Assembly: GCA_000307955.1 (NCBI GenBank)
Contig: ALAO01000066.1
Location: 3,935-27,934, forward strand
Direction: 5' to 3'
DNA length: 24,000 bases
Source of the DNA: Solidesulfovibrio magneticus str. Maddingley MBC34
GTDB taxonomy: Bacteria; Desulfobacterota; Desulfovibrionia; Desulfovibrionales; Desulfovibrionaceae
Shown here: positions 1 to 7,815 of the stretch, piece after piece
Numbering within the stretch: the first letter of the stretch is position 1
How the letters are laid out: the number at the start of each line of letters is the position of its first letter
Program-made: the position numbers and the translations under genes
The notes under the pieces: model-generated
The model's database searches: none
What the model saw: the letters and a program-made list of their open reading frames with translations, nothing else
What the model was told of the DNA's origin: nothing

Positions 1-189
1 GTCGAGGACCTGCCTCGCCCCGCCAAACGCGGCGGCATTGCCGTGCTTGCGCCCCACGGTGCGGGCCACGGCCACCACCGCTCCGGGATGGGCGGCGGCC
101 ACGGAGTCCCGAAACGCGCCCAAGGCGGCCATGGCCCCGGGATGCCGGGAGCCGTGGGCGGCCAGGATGATGCCGCAGGGCTCGGTCAC
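1..189 (-). CDS. CbiK/CbiX-family (class II chelatase-like) protein, N-terminal fragment running off the window
   Basis: Not listed in the ORF track. GTG at 189-187 overlaps the ftsX stop as GTGA. My minus-strand translation is [50 protein letters not shown]..., which resembles the N-terminal strand plus 'HGS' motif of sirohydrochlorin cobaltochelatases. Identified by eye only. Confidence 0.4.
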   Translation of the reverse strand, partial: MTEPCGIILAAHGSRHPGAMAALGAFRDSVAAAHPGAVVAVARTVGRKHGNAAAFGGARQVLD

Positions 190-1058
190 GGGCGCGACTC
201 CATGGCGGCGGCCACACCGGCCAGGGCGGAGACGGCCGTGGGCGCGGCAATAAGCGCAAACCACAGCCAGCCCGGCGGCGCGGCCAGGGACAGCCACAAG
301 GGCGCGGCAGCGAGTTGTCCGGCCACGGCCGACCAGAGAAAGGCCAGGGCCGTGGCGGCCAGGCCCGCGCCCACGAAACCCATGGCCGCCGCGCCGGCCA
401 CCAGGGGCAGGGCGATGACCGACTCGGCCGCGCCGACCAGGCGCATGATCTCGAATTCCTCGCGCCGGCGCAGCAAGGTCAGGCGTACGGTGTTGCCGAC
501 CACGAGCCCGACCAGCAGCGCCAGAATGGCCCCCAGCGGCAGCACGGCCTGGGAGCCGAGCAGGCCCAGGGAGCGGGCGGCGTCGATGGCGGCCGGGTTG
601 TAGCGCACCTCGGCCACGCCATCCACGGCGGTCAGGCGCTCCAGGGTCTGCCTGGCGAACGCGTCGTCGTGCTCCGGCGGGGCAAAGCCCAGCAGCAGGG
701 TGTAGGGCAGGGGATTGACCGCCCCGGGCAGCAGCGGTTCGGCCGCGCCGCCAAGGCTGCCGCGCATGACGGCCATGGCCGCCTCGGGGGAAAACGCCTT
801 GGCCTCGATGACCCCGGGCAGGGCGCGCATCCAGTCCATCTGCCGGGCGGTGAGCGCCGCGTCGACCCCGGGCTTCCAGTAGACCTGAAAGCGCAGCACG
901 CCCTGTCCCTTGGCCAGAGCGCCGTCCAGGCCGACCTGGGCCAGGGCGAGCAGGCCGCACAAAAACACCGTGGCGAAAACGCCCAGGATGACGCTTAGTG
1001 ACATGGACGGCCGGCGAAACAGATCGGCCAGGCCGGAGAGGATGAGCCGCGCCGTCAT
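186..1058 (-). CDS. ftsX: FtsX-like ABC permease (cell-division FtsEX type)
   Basis: 290-aa ORF. It has an N-terminal TM helix, a periplasmic loop domain, then three C-terminal TM helices (..[16 protein letters not shown].. FtsX box). Its start overlaps the ftsE stop by 4 nt (ATGA at 1055-1058). Confidence 0.8.
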   Translation of the reverse strand: MTARLILSGLADLFRRPSMSLSVILGVFATVFLCGLLALAQVGLDGALAKGQGVLRFQVYWKPGVDAALTARQMDWMRALPGVIEAKAFSPEAAMAVMRGSLGGAAEPLLPGAVNPLPYTLLLGFAPPEHDDAFARQTLERLTAVDGVAEVRYNPAAIDAARSLGLLGSQAVLPLGAILALLVGLVVGNTVRLTLLRRREEFEIMRLVGAAESVIALPLVAGAAAMGFVGAGLAATALAFLWSAVAGQLAAAPLWLSLAAPPGWLWFALIAAPTAVSALAGVAAAMESRP

Positions 1059-1750
1059 GGGGCCTCCTCCGGGCCGGCGGCCGCGTCGGGGACGGTTGCG
1101 GCATCGGGCGCGGCGCGCTCCAGGCGGATGATCCGGGCGTCGGGGGCGGCGGCCACCAGGGCCTGGTTGTGGGTGGCCATGAGGATGGCCGTGCCGTGGG
1201 CGCTGAACTGGCGCAGGATGTCGAGCAGGCGCAGGGACAGGTCCCAGTCGAGGTTGCCGGTGGGCTCGTCGGCCAGCATGAGCCGGGGGCCGGCCACCAC
1301 GGCCCGGGCGATGGCCACCCGCTGCTGTTCGCCGCCGGCCAGCTCGGCGCAGGGCCGGTTGGCCAGCTCCGTCAGGCGCAGGGCGGTCAGGGCCGAGCGC
1401 ACCCGGCGTTCGATGCGGGCGGCGGGGGTGCCGCGCACCACCAGCGGCAGGGCCACGTTGTCGGCCACGCTGCGCTCGGGCAGGATTTTGAAATCCTGAA
1501 ACACCATGGCCACGTCACGGCGCAGCTGGTGCAGTTTGGAGAGGCGCAGCGCGGCCAGATCGTGGCCGGCGGCCACGGCCCGGCCCTCCTGGAGCGGCAA
1601 CGAGCCGTGCAGGATGCGCAGCAAGGTGGACTTGCCCGCGCCGGACGGGCCGGTCAGGAAGGCAAAGCCGCCCTTTTCCAGGGAAAAGGTCAGATCGCGC
1701 AATACCTCGCGCCGGCCGAAGCAGTGGCGCAGCCCCGCAACTTCGATCAT
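1055..1750 (-). CDS. ftsE: FtsE-like ABC ATPase
   Basis: 231 aa. Walker [10 protein letters not shown], signature [14 protein letters not shown], Walker [14 protein letters not shown]-loop ATH. ATGA overlaps with recN upstream and ftsX downstream. Confidence 0.9.
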   Translation of the reverse strand: MIEVAGLRHCFGRREVLRDLTFSLEKGGFAFLTGPSGAGKSTLLRILHGSLPLQEGRAVAAGHDLAALRLSKLHQLRRDVAMVFQDFKILPERSVADNVALPLVVRGTPAARIERRVRSALTALRLTELANRPCAELAGGEQQRVAIARAVVAGPRLMLADEPTGNLDWDLSLRLLDILRQFSAHGTAILMATHNQALVAAAPDARIIRLERAAPDAATVPDAAAGPEEAP

Positions 1751-3375
1751 GCCGGCGTGTCTCCGTTCTCCAGCAGCCGCCGGGCCATTTCCGCGCCGGC
1801 CTCGCCGCCGCCGGCCATGCGGGCCAGTTCGGCGGCCACGCCGTCGGCGTCCAGGCGCAGGCAGCGGGTGACGGTCTGGCCGTCCTCAACGGTTTTTTGC
1901 ACCTGGAAATGCCGGTCGGCCAGGCTGGCCAGCTGGGGCCAGTGGCTGATGAGGAGGATCTGCGAGGTGGCGGCGAGTTTCTTGACGTGGGCACCGACGC
2001 TGGAGAGCGTCAGCCCGCCGATGCCGGCATCGATCTCGTCGAAAATAAGCGTCGGCCCACCGGGCTCGGCCGAAAGCGACATGAGCGCCAACAGGAAGCG
2101 CGAGAGTTCGCCGCCCGAGGCGATCTTGTCCAGGGGCTGGGGCGGCTGGCCGGGGTTGGGCCGCCACAGCACGCGCGCCCGGTTTTCGGTGAGCGGTTCG
2201 CCGTCGCAGGCCACGGGCGTGTAGGCAGTTACCGGCGCGAAATCGAAAATGACCCGCACGTCCTTGGAAAAGCCCAGCCCGCGCAGGATGTCTTCCAGGG
2301 CGGCGGACAGCCGGGCGGCGGCCTCGCGCCGGGCCGCGCCCAGGGCGGCCAGGGCCTCGCTTAGGGCGGCCATACCGGCGGCCTCGTCCCGGGCCAGCTG
2401 TTTGCGTTTCAGGCCGCAGTCGTCGAGAAAATCGAGGTTTTCCTTGATGTCGCGGCCCAGGTCCACGATCTCGGCCAGAGAACGCTTGAGCTTTCGCCGC
2501 AGGGTGGCCAGCTCGAACAGGCGCTTTTCGATGCCCTCGCCGTCGTCGTCGGCCGTCTTGGCCGGCCGGCGGCGCAGGCGCACGGCCAGATCCTTGAGCA
2601 GGTGGCGAAAGGCGGCCACGGCCTCGGCGTCGGCGGAAAACTCCTCGTGGATTTCCCCGGCGTGGAGCAACTCGCGGTGCAGGTCGGCCAGGGCGTCGAG
2701 GACCGGCGGCTGGCGCTCGATGCACTCCAGGGAACGGGTGAGCGCCTGGGCGGCCTTGCGCGACTCGGCCAGGGCGGCCTTTCGGGCCACGAGCTCGTCC
2801 TCTTCGCCGGGCAGGGGATTCACCTTGGCGATCTCGGCGTGCTGGAATTCCAGGAACTGGCGTTTTTCTTCCAGGCCGGCGGCTTTGGCGTCGAGGTCGC
2901 GGATGGTGGCGGCCACCTCGCCCAGTTCCCGGGCCAGGCGGTTTTTTTCGGTCAGCAGCGCCGGATCGGGCAGGAAGCCGTCGAGAAGGGCGGCCTGGAA
3001 GGCGGGCTGCAAGAGCCGCCCCTGGCCGTGCTGGGAGACGTGGAGCAATAGCTTGGGGCGCAGGGCGGCCAAGGTCTCGCGGGAGGCCAGGGCGTCGCCC
3101 ACGTAGACGCGGCTGCGGCCGGTTTCGGCCACGAGCTCCCGGCGCAGGATGAGTTCCTCGTCGCCCAGCACAAACAGCGCCTCGACCACGGCCTTGTCCC
3201 GGCCGGCCCGGACGAGGTCGGTGTGCATTTTTTCCCCGGTGAGGAAATTGACGGCCGAGATGATGAAGCTTTTGCCGGCCCCGGTCTCGCCGGACAGGAC
3301 GTTGAGGCCCGGGCCGAATTCCAGCTCCAGGTCGTCGATGAGCGCCAGGTTCTTGATGCGAAGGACTTCGATCAT
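1747..3375 (-). CDS. recN: DNA repair protein RecN (SMC-like ATPase)
   Basis: The in-frame Met at 3375 gives MIEVLRIKNLALIDDLELEFGPGLNVLSGETGAGKSFII (RecN N-terminus with Walker A). A long coiled-coil follows, then C-terminal ASGGELSRFLLAL and LIFDEIDAGIGG motifs. The 805-aa track ORF over-extends upstream into the permease gene. Confidence 0.9.
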   Translation of the reverse strand: MIEVLRIKNLALIDDLELEFGPGLNVLSGETGAGKSFIISAVNFLTGEKMHTDLVRAGRDKAVVEALFVLGDEELILRRELVAETGRSRVYVGDALASRETLAALRPKLLLHVSQHGQGRLLQPAFQAALLDGFLPDPALLTEKNRLARELGEVAATIRDLDAKAAGLEEKRQFLEFQHAEIAKVNPLPGEEDELVARKAALAESRKAAQALTRSLECIERQPPVLDALADLHRELLHAGEIHEEFSADAEAVAAFRHLLKDLAVRLRRRPAKTADDDGEGIEKRLFELATLRRKLKRSLAEIVDLGRDIKENLDFLDDCGLKRKQLARDEAAGMAALSEALAALGAARREAAARLSAALEDILRGLGFSKDVRVIFDFAPVTAYTPVACDGEPLTENRARVLWRPNPGQPPQPLDKIASGGELSRFLLALMSLSAEPGGPTLIFDEIDAGIGGLTLSSVGAHVKKLAATSQILLISHWPQLASLADRHFQVQKTVEDGQTVTRCLRLDADGVAAELARMAGGGEAGAEMARRLLENGDTPA

Positions 3376-3386
3376 GGTGGTATGGC

Positions 3387-4229
3387 CTATTGCCGCAGCC
3401 TCGGGTCCAGGATGTCGCGCAGGCTTTCGCCGATGAGGTTGTAGCCGAGCACGGTGATAAGGATGGCCAGCCCCGGGAAAATGGACAGCCAGGGGGCCAC
3501 TTCCAGCACTTCCTTGCCTTCCATGAGCATGTTGCCCCAGCTCGGCGTCGGCGGCAGCACGCCCAGGCCCAAAAAGCTCAGGGACGATTCGGTGAGGATG
3601 GCCCCGGCCACGCCAAGCGTGGCCGAAACCAGCACCGGCGCGGCGGCGTTGGGCAGGATGTGGTAAAAAAGGATGCCCGGCGCGCCCATGCCCGACACCC
3701 GGGCGGCCAGGACGAAATCGCGGGAGCGCAGGGCCAGGGTCTCGGCCCGCACCAGCCGGGTGACGCCCATCCAGGAGGTCAACCCGATGACGATCATGAT
3801 GTTGGTCAGCGAGGGCGTAAGAAAGGCGATGACGGCCAGGATCAGGAAAAACGAGGGAAAGCACAGCATGACGTCCACGCCGCGCATGATGGCCTCGTCG
3901 ATGAGGCCGCCGAAATAGCCCGAGCACAGGCCGAGAAACAGGCCGATGGCCACGGAGATGCCTACCGCCACGAACCCCACCCACAGCGACACCCGGCCGC
4001 CGTAGAGCAGGCGCGAAAACACGTCGCGCCCCAGCGCATCGGCGCCCAGCAGATGCGCGCCGCCGGGCGGGGCAAGGATGGCGTCTACATTGATGGCCAG
4101 CGGATCGTAGGGGGCCAGCCAGGGAGCCAGCAGCGCGGCCAGGGAGACCGCGCCGACAAGGCACAGGCCCACGGCCAGCAGGCCGTGGGCCGGCAGCACG
4201 CGCCGTAGCCAGCGGGCGGGATTAAGCAT
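3387..4229 (-). CDS. Opp/Dpp/Nik-type ABC transporter permease (DppC/OppC family)
   Basis: 280 aa. N-terminal motif LLAPWLAPYDP....LLGADALGRDVFSRLLYGGRVSL, and multi-TM BPD-transporter core with the EAA-like loop. 8-nt overlap with the upstream permease. 11-nt gap to recN. Confidence 0.85.
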   Translation of the reverse strand: MLNPARWLRRVLPAHGLLAVGLCLVGAVSLAALLAPWLAPYDPLAINVDAILAPPGGAHLLGADALGRDVFSRLLYGGRVSLWVGFVAVGISVAIGLFLGLCSGYFGGLIDEAIMRGVDVMLCFPSFFLILAVIAFLTPSLTNIMIVIGLTSWMGVTRLVRAETLALRSRDFVLAARVSGMGAPGILFYHILPNAAAPVLVSATLGVAGAILTESSLSFLGLGVLPPTPSWGNMLMEGKEVLEVAPWLSIFPGLAILITVLGYNLIGESLRDILDPRLRQ

Positions 4230-5232
4230 CGCCCTTGCCTCCCAGGCGGATGCGAGGATCGGCCAGGGCGTAGCCGGCGTCGGCCAGCAGGTTGCCGGCC
4301 AGGGTCAGCACCGCGCCAAGGACCAGATTGCCCATGATGAGCGGATAGTCCCGGGCCATGACCGACTGGTAGAAAAGCTGTCCCAGGCCCGGCAGGGCGA
4401 AGATGGACTCGATGATGACCGAGCCGCCGATAAGCCCGGGCACGGACAGGCCCAGGATGGTGATGACCGGCAGCAGGGCGTTTCGCAGGGCGTGCTTGTA
4501 GATGACCGAAAATTCCGACAGCCCCTTGGCCCGGGCGGTCAGGATATAATCCTGGCGCAGCACTTCGAGCATGGCCGAGCGCATGAAGCGCGACATGCCG
4601 GCGAGCGACCCGAAGGTGTAGATGAAAATGGGCAGAGCCAGATGCCGGGCCAGGTCTAGGAGTTTGTCCCAAGGCCCCAGGCGGGCGTAGTCCATGGAGG
4701 TGAGGCCCGAGATGGGCAGCCAGCCCAGGTGGATGCCGAAATAGAGCATGAGCAGCAAGGCCAGCCAGAAGCCGGGCATGGCGAAGCCGATGAAGACGAA
4801 GACCGTGGCGGCGCGATCGAACAGGCCGCCTTGTCGTCTGGCCGAGGTGACGCCGATGGGGATGGCCACGGCGAGCGTGAGGATCAGGGAGACGAGGTTC
4901 ATGGAAATGGTCAGCGGCAGGCGCTCCTTGATGCGGTCCCAGACGGGCCGCCGGTCGCCGGAGAGCGAGTTGCCGAAGTCGAGGCGGGCGAGTTTGCCGA
5001 GCCAGTCGAAGTATTGGACAGTAAGCGGCCGGTCGAGGCCGTACAGCGCCTGGAGCCGGGCGCGGGTTTCGGCGGTGGCGAGAGGGTTGAGCGTGGTCTC
5101 CATGTCGGTGGGCGAGCCTGGGGCGAGGTGGATGACGGCGAAGCTCACGCAGGTGATGCCGAGGAACACGACGGCGACCCAGAGTGTTTTGAGCAGGAGA
5201 CGTTTGGCCAATGCGAGCACGGTTAGGGGCAC
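4222..5232 (-). CDS. Opp/Dpp/Nik-type ABC transporter permease (DppB/OppB family)
   Basis: 336 aa, GTG start at 5232. N-terminal FAVIHLAPGSP and ..QYFDWLGKLARLDFGNSL.. are typical of DppB/OppB. C-terminal ..LLADAGYALADPRIR. Confidence 0.85.
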   Translation of the reverse strand: MPLTVLALAKRLLLKTLWVAVVFLGITCVSFAVIHLAPGSPTDMETTLNPLATAETRARLQALYGLDRPLTVQYFDWLGKLARLDFGNSLSGDRRPVWDRIKERLPLTISMNLVSLILTLAVAIPIGVTSARRQGGLFDRAATVFVFIGFAMPGFWLALLLMLYFGIHLGWLPISGLTSMDYARLGPWDKLLDLARHLALPIFIYTFGSLAGMSRFMRSAMLEVLRQDYILTARAKGLSEFSVIYKHALRNALLPVITILGLSVPGLIGGSVIIESIFALPGLGQLFYQSVMARDYPLIMGNLVLGAVLTLAGNLLADAGYALADPRIRLGGKGDA

Positions 5233-5336
5233 TCCTTGGGGGCGTATCGGCAGTCGCCGGCCCAGGAGGTATGTACGAGAAACGGGGCTTGTTGGAAAGG
5301 GCGGTCAAAAAAAGCGGCGCGGGCCGAAATTTTCGA

Positions 5337-5364
5337 TTGACTTTTTTCGGGGCCCGCGTAGAAA
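5337..5364 (+). promoter_or_regulatory. Candidate sigma70-type promoter for tRNA-Ala (TTGACT-N16-TAGAAA)
   Basis: TTGACT at 5337-5342, a 16-nt spacer, and TAGAAA at 5359-5364, 13 nt upstream of the mature tRNA 5' end. Motif match only. Confidence 0.3.
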
Positions 5365-5377
5365 CGGACCTCGCTGC

Positions 5378-5453
<76 letters not shown>

Positions 5454-5459
5454 CGAAGC

Positions 5460-5527
5460 ATGCCAAGGGGTTACCGAGAAATCGGTGACCCCTTTTTCTT
5501 TGGCCCCGTGCCAACTCACCGCCAACG
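5460..5527 (+). repeat. att-like ~65-nt direct repeat unit, copy 1 (intact; contains the tRNA terminator)
   Basis: atgccaaggggttaccgagaaatcggtgacccctttttctttggccccgtgccaactcaccgccaacg. It shares its left half with copy 2 and its right half with copy 3. The core ccgagaaatcg (5474-5484) is invariant in copies 1-3. Confidence 0.75.
5467..5501 (+). terminator. Rho-independent terminator of tRNA-Ala
   Basis: 11-bp stem GGGGTTACCGA / TCGGTGACCCC closed by a GAAA tetraloop, followed by TTTTTCTTT. Confidence 0.8.
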
Positions 5528-5586
5528 CTCCCGTTGGCGCTAACAGCCTCGTCCCCGGCCGGCTGACTCATCTCCTTCCCCGCCCC

Positions 5587-5680
5587 GGGGGCGACCTCTT
5601 GAAAATTTTCAACAGGTTACCTGGAAAAAATTCCAGCAGTCCCCCAAATTTCCTGTCTCGATTTGGACGTTTGGACATTT
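5587..5680 (+). repeat. Palindrome / poly-C / TTGGAC-TTTGGAC module, copy set 1
   Basis: ggggcgacctcTTGAAAATTTTCAA (perfect 14-bp palindrome 5599-5612). CTGGAAaaaaTTCCAG (5621-5636) followed by C5. atTTGGACgTTTGGACattt (5661-5680). Confidence 0.6.
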
Positions 5681-5735
5681 CCGATGCGTTGGCGGCGAAT
5701 GTCCTGGATGCCTTTAAAATGTGAGGCACAGCAAA

Positions 5736-6398
5736 ATGCCAAGAATTTGTGTAATTTTTGATCTGGACGGTACGCTTGTAGACAGCGAGGGGCTTTGTAA
5801 TCAAGCATTCATTGATTTGATCCCGCCATTAACTGAAACGGTAGATTCATTGACAAAACGGTATCGCGGCAAAAAATTAGCCCAGATTCTTGCCGATCTT
5901 GAGGAGCGATATTGTCTAGATTTGCCAGATGAATTTGTAGTACGCTACCGGCAGCGTGTCGCTGAACTTTTTTCTCGGGAGTTGAAGCCTATCCCCGGCG
6001 TTCTCGATATGCTCGAACGCACGGACTTTCCTAAATGTATTGCTTCTAGCGGGCCACTTTTGAAAATTCATCAGGCGCTGCAGGTTAGTGGTCTCGCGTC
6101 TTATTTTAACAATAATATCTTCAGTTCCTATGAGATCAACTCCTGGAAGCCAGAACCAGACTTGTTTCTGTTTGCTGCTAAGGCGATGGGGTTCATGCCT
6201 CGTCAATGTGTGGTTGTTGAAGATAGTGAAATTGGAATTGAGGCAGCCAAGGCGGCGGAAATGAAATCACTCTACTATGTTCCAAATGCTAATGTTCGCC
6301 CGTGGGGAAATGGTGATACAGTTATGTTTGGCGATATGTTGCAACTGCCGCAATTGCTCGCAGCGATGAATGCCAATGGGTTACCGAGAAATCGATAA
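5736..6398 (+). CDS. HAD-IA family phosphatase (YieH / beta-phosphoglucomutase-like)
   Basis: The ATG at 5736 (GAGG 9 nt upstream) gives MPRICVIFDLDGTLVDSE (motif I DxDGT). Other motifs are ..ASSGP.. (motif II), ..WKPEPDLF.. (motif III Lys) and VVVEDSEIG (motif IV). It is collinear by eye with E. coli YieH. Low G+C. The last 9 codons (..NANGLPRNR*) are encoded by repeat copy 2. Confidence 0.85.
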   Translation: MPRICVIFDLDGTLVDSEGLCNQAFIDLIPPLTETVDSLTKRYRGKKLAQILADLEERYCLDLPDEFVVRYRQRVAELFSRELKPIPGVLDMLERTDFPKCIASSGPLLKIHQALQVSGLASYFNNNIFSSYEINSWKPEPDLFLFAAKAMGFMPRQCVVVEDSEIGIEAAKAAEMKSLYYVPNANVRPWGNGDTVMFGDMLQLPQLLAAMNANGLPRNR

Positions 6399-6434
6399 TC
6401 TATTTCTTTGCCGAAGCGTCAACGCGCGCCAACA
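6370..6434 (+). repeat. att-like direct repeat unit, copy 2
   Basis: atgccaatgggttaccgagaaatcgataatctatttctttgccgaagcgtcaacgcgcgccaaca. The left arm matches copy 1 (one mismatch over ~25 nt). The right hairpin arm is replaced. The distal part (caacgcgcgccaaca) matches copy 3. Confidence 0.75.
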
Positions 6435-6469
6435 GGTTTTGCCGTATTATCGCAAAATGGAGATGTAAT

Positions 6470-6783
6470 ATGTATTATGAAATGAGGACCTATCAATTCG
6501 GCTGGGTAAGCTTGATGAATACATTAAGCATTTTGAGACAGTCGGACTTCCTATTCTTTCCAAATACTCGAAGCTGATAGGCTACTGGTATACGGATGTT
6601 GGCGAATTGAATCAGCTTATTCATATTTGGGCGTATGAAAGCCTCGATGAACGAGCCCTGAAACGCGCTGCCTTATACGAAGACAAAAACTGGCAGCAGG
6701 AATTTTTACCAAAGGCCATGTCCATGTTGGAACGGCAAGAGAATAAGATCATGCGTGCCGTTTCTTTTTCACCGATCAAATAA
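6470..6783 (+). pseudogene. NIPSNAP-family protein gene disrupted by a single-base frameshift
   Basis: Hand translation. Frame A from ATG 6470 (GGAG at 6459-6462) gives MYYEMRTYQFG.. and then stops at 6572-6574. Frame B from 6505 gives GKLDEYIKHFETVGLPILSKYSKLIGYWYTDVGELNQLIHIWAYESLDERALKRAALYEDKNWQQEFLPKAMSMLERQENKIMRAVSFSPIK*, with TAA at 6781-6783. Joined, the two frames reproduce the NIPSNAP pattern (M.YE.RTY....GKL.EY...F......). The span is 314 nt (3n-1), so one base is missing near 6500-6505. It is absent from the supplied ORF track. Confidence 0.7.
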
Positions 6784-6790
6784 AGAACTG

Positions 6791-6846
6791 CTTGCCGAGA
6801 AATCGGTGACCCCTTTTTCTTTACGGGGCCGCCAACGCGCGCCAAC
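6791..6846 (+). repeat. att-like direct repeat unit, copy 3
   Basis: cttgccgagaaatcggtgacccctttttctttacggggccgccaacgcgcgccaac. The right hairpin arm and T-tract are identical to copy 1 over 29 nt (gccgagaaatcggtgacccctttttcttt). The left arm is replaced. Confidence 0.75.
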
Positions 6847-6920
6847 ACGAGGTTGTGGCGGGTAAGTGCCAGGGCAGAACCATTTCCCAGCCCACCTGTT
6901 AGACCAAGAAACTATTCCCC

Positions 6921-6956
6921 GGTCGCTTGAATTTTTTTCAAGAGGTCGCCCCCCCC
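6921..6956 (+). repeat. Palindrome / poly-C module, copy 2 (inverted relative to 5587-5612)
   Basis: ggtcgCTTGAAtttttTTCAAGaggtcgCCCCCCCC. The reverse complement of 6931-6956 reads gggggggcgacctcttgaaaaaaat, versus ggggcgacctcttgaaaatttt at 5587-5608. Confidence 0.6.
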
Positions 6957-7026
6957 TTCCGCCTCTTTCGCTCCTGCCAAAAATATTTCCCTTATTTTAC
7001 GCATAGTTGTATAAGAAAAGAAACCA

Positions 7027-7082
7027 CGGTCGCTTGTGGGATTTTCAAGCGATCCCCCCCCCCATTTTGGACATTTGGACTT
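7027..7082 (+). repeat. Palindrome / poly-C / TTGGAC-TTTGGAC module, copy 3
   Basis: ggtcgCTTGtgggattttCAAGcgatCCCCCCCCCattTTGGACaTTTGGACtttt. It is a direct repeat of 6921-6956 (104-nt spacing) and of the 5621-5680 arrangement. Confidence 0.6.
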
Positions 7083-7150
7083 TTCGGGGGCATCCTTGAA
7101 AAAAATCTGGCCCGTTTCCTGCTGACGGCAATCTTGGCTGACCCTGATGC

Positions 7151-7236
7151 AGGGAAAGCCGCAGAAACTGCCCTATGGAGTCGCAGGGGCTGTGATTTTA
7201 CTAGGGGCGGTTGGTCTTCCTGGTCCTGCCCCGTGT
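7151..7236 (+). repeat. ~85-nt direct repeat, copy A
   Basis: agggaaagccgcagaaactgccctatggagtcgcaggggctgtgattttactaggggcggttggtcttcctggtcctgccccgtg. It aligns by eye with 7415-7498 at roughly 70 percent identity. Confidence 0.55.
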
Positions 7237-7414
7237 CGCCCATTGGGCCAAATGTCACTCCATGCGCCGGCAAGTTTGATGTAATATTCTAAATTTACAT
7301 GATTTACTTGTCAGTGACAAAGGTGACTTTGCAAATAAGGGCGCTGAGAAATCCCAGGTGAAGACCACTGCCCCGTTCCTCGTCGCCGGCATCGACTTTG
7401 ACTGATCTAGCCCA

Positions 7415-7498
7415 AGGGAATGGCGCAGGAACTGGCCTATTGAGTCATAGGGCCACGATTTCTACCCGGCCCCATTGGCCTTCCCGGTCCTGCCCCGT
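7415..7498 (+). repeat. ~85-nt direct repeat, copy B
   Basis: agggaatggcgcaggaactggcctattgagtcatagggccacgatttctacccggccccattggccttcccggtcctgccccgt. It is collinear with copy A, 264 nt downstream. Confidence 0.55.
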
Positions 7499-7600
7499 CC
7501 TCGTCCCCGGAGCCGCCCCGGGCACCCCCTGGAAACGCGCGGTAGGACCCCTTCCTGGGACGTTCCCCTGGGCCTGGGGGATTGGTTCCCCCGGTCCTGG
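7490..7600 (+). repeat. Third, most decayed copy of the ISL3-remnant-related sequence
   Basis: 7525-7590 (ccccctggaaacgcgcggtaggaccccttcctgggacgttcccctgggcctgggggattggttccc) aligns by eye with 19215-19290 (cccctggccccgggattcgcgcggcacacccccgtcctgggatttttgcctggcccgcccggggctgggttccc). Confidence 0.3.
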
Positions 7601-7739
7601 TCCCGCTCCAGGGTCGACCCCCTAGGATGAAAGCCCGATTTCCCTTGGGCTTGGGCCATCGTCAGGAATTGCGCATAAATTTCTCAGCGAACTTACTGAG
7701 ATTTTTCCCGCCTGCCTGAATCCATCTCAAAGATAGCAC

Positions 7740-7768
7740 TAGACAGCGCTGGGCCGCGAGCCTATAAT
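7740..7768 (+). promoter_or_regulatory. Candidate sigma70 promoter TAGACA-N17-TATAAT
   Basis: TAGACA at 7740-7745, an exact 17-nt spacer, and consensus TATAAT at 7763-7768. It lies in a non-coding stretch just downstream of a small hairpin plus T5 (7687-7712). Confidence 0.4.
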
Positions 7769-7815
7769 GTTAGTCGTATCCCTAGTGAAGGTTGTGAGCA
7801 ACCCTAGCGGAGGCG

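Noticed and set aside
3376-4164. N-terminal 263-codon extension of the 805-aa ORF (1747..4164, minus) upstream of the RecN Met
   Set aside because: The extension is Arg/Pro/Gly-rich low-complexity sequence that overlaps the DppC-like permease gene in another frame. The RecN consensus N-terminus MIEVLRIKNL.. begins at 3375.
5460-6846. Possibility that the units are integron attC sites flanking gene cassettes
   Set aside because: No GTTRRRY core or R''/L''-L'/R' architecture could be found, and there is no intI or attI in the window. The hairpin is a plain tRNA terminator in copy 1. The 'cassette-like' wording is kept only descriptively.
6621-6848. 75-aa minus-strand ORF
   Set aside because: It is antisense to the NIPSNAP pseudogene, whose two frames give a clear family match.
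6927-7292. 121-aa plus-strand ORF and the 93-aa minus ORF (6992..7273) in the repeat-rich region
   Set aside because: They are read straight through palindromes, poly-C runs and direct repeats. There is no SD and the peptides look like nonsense.
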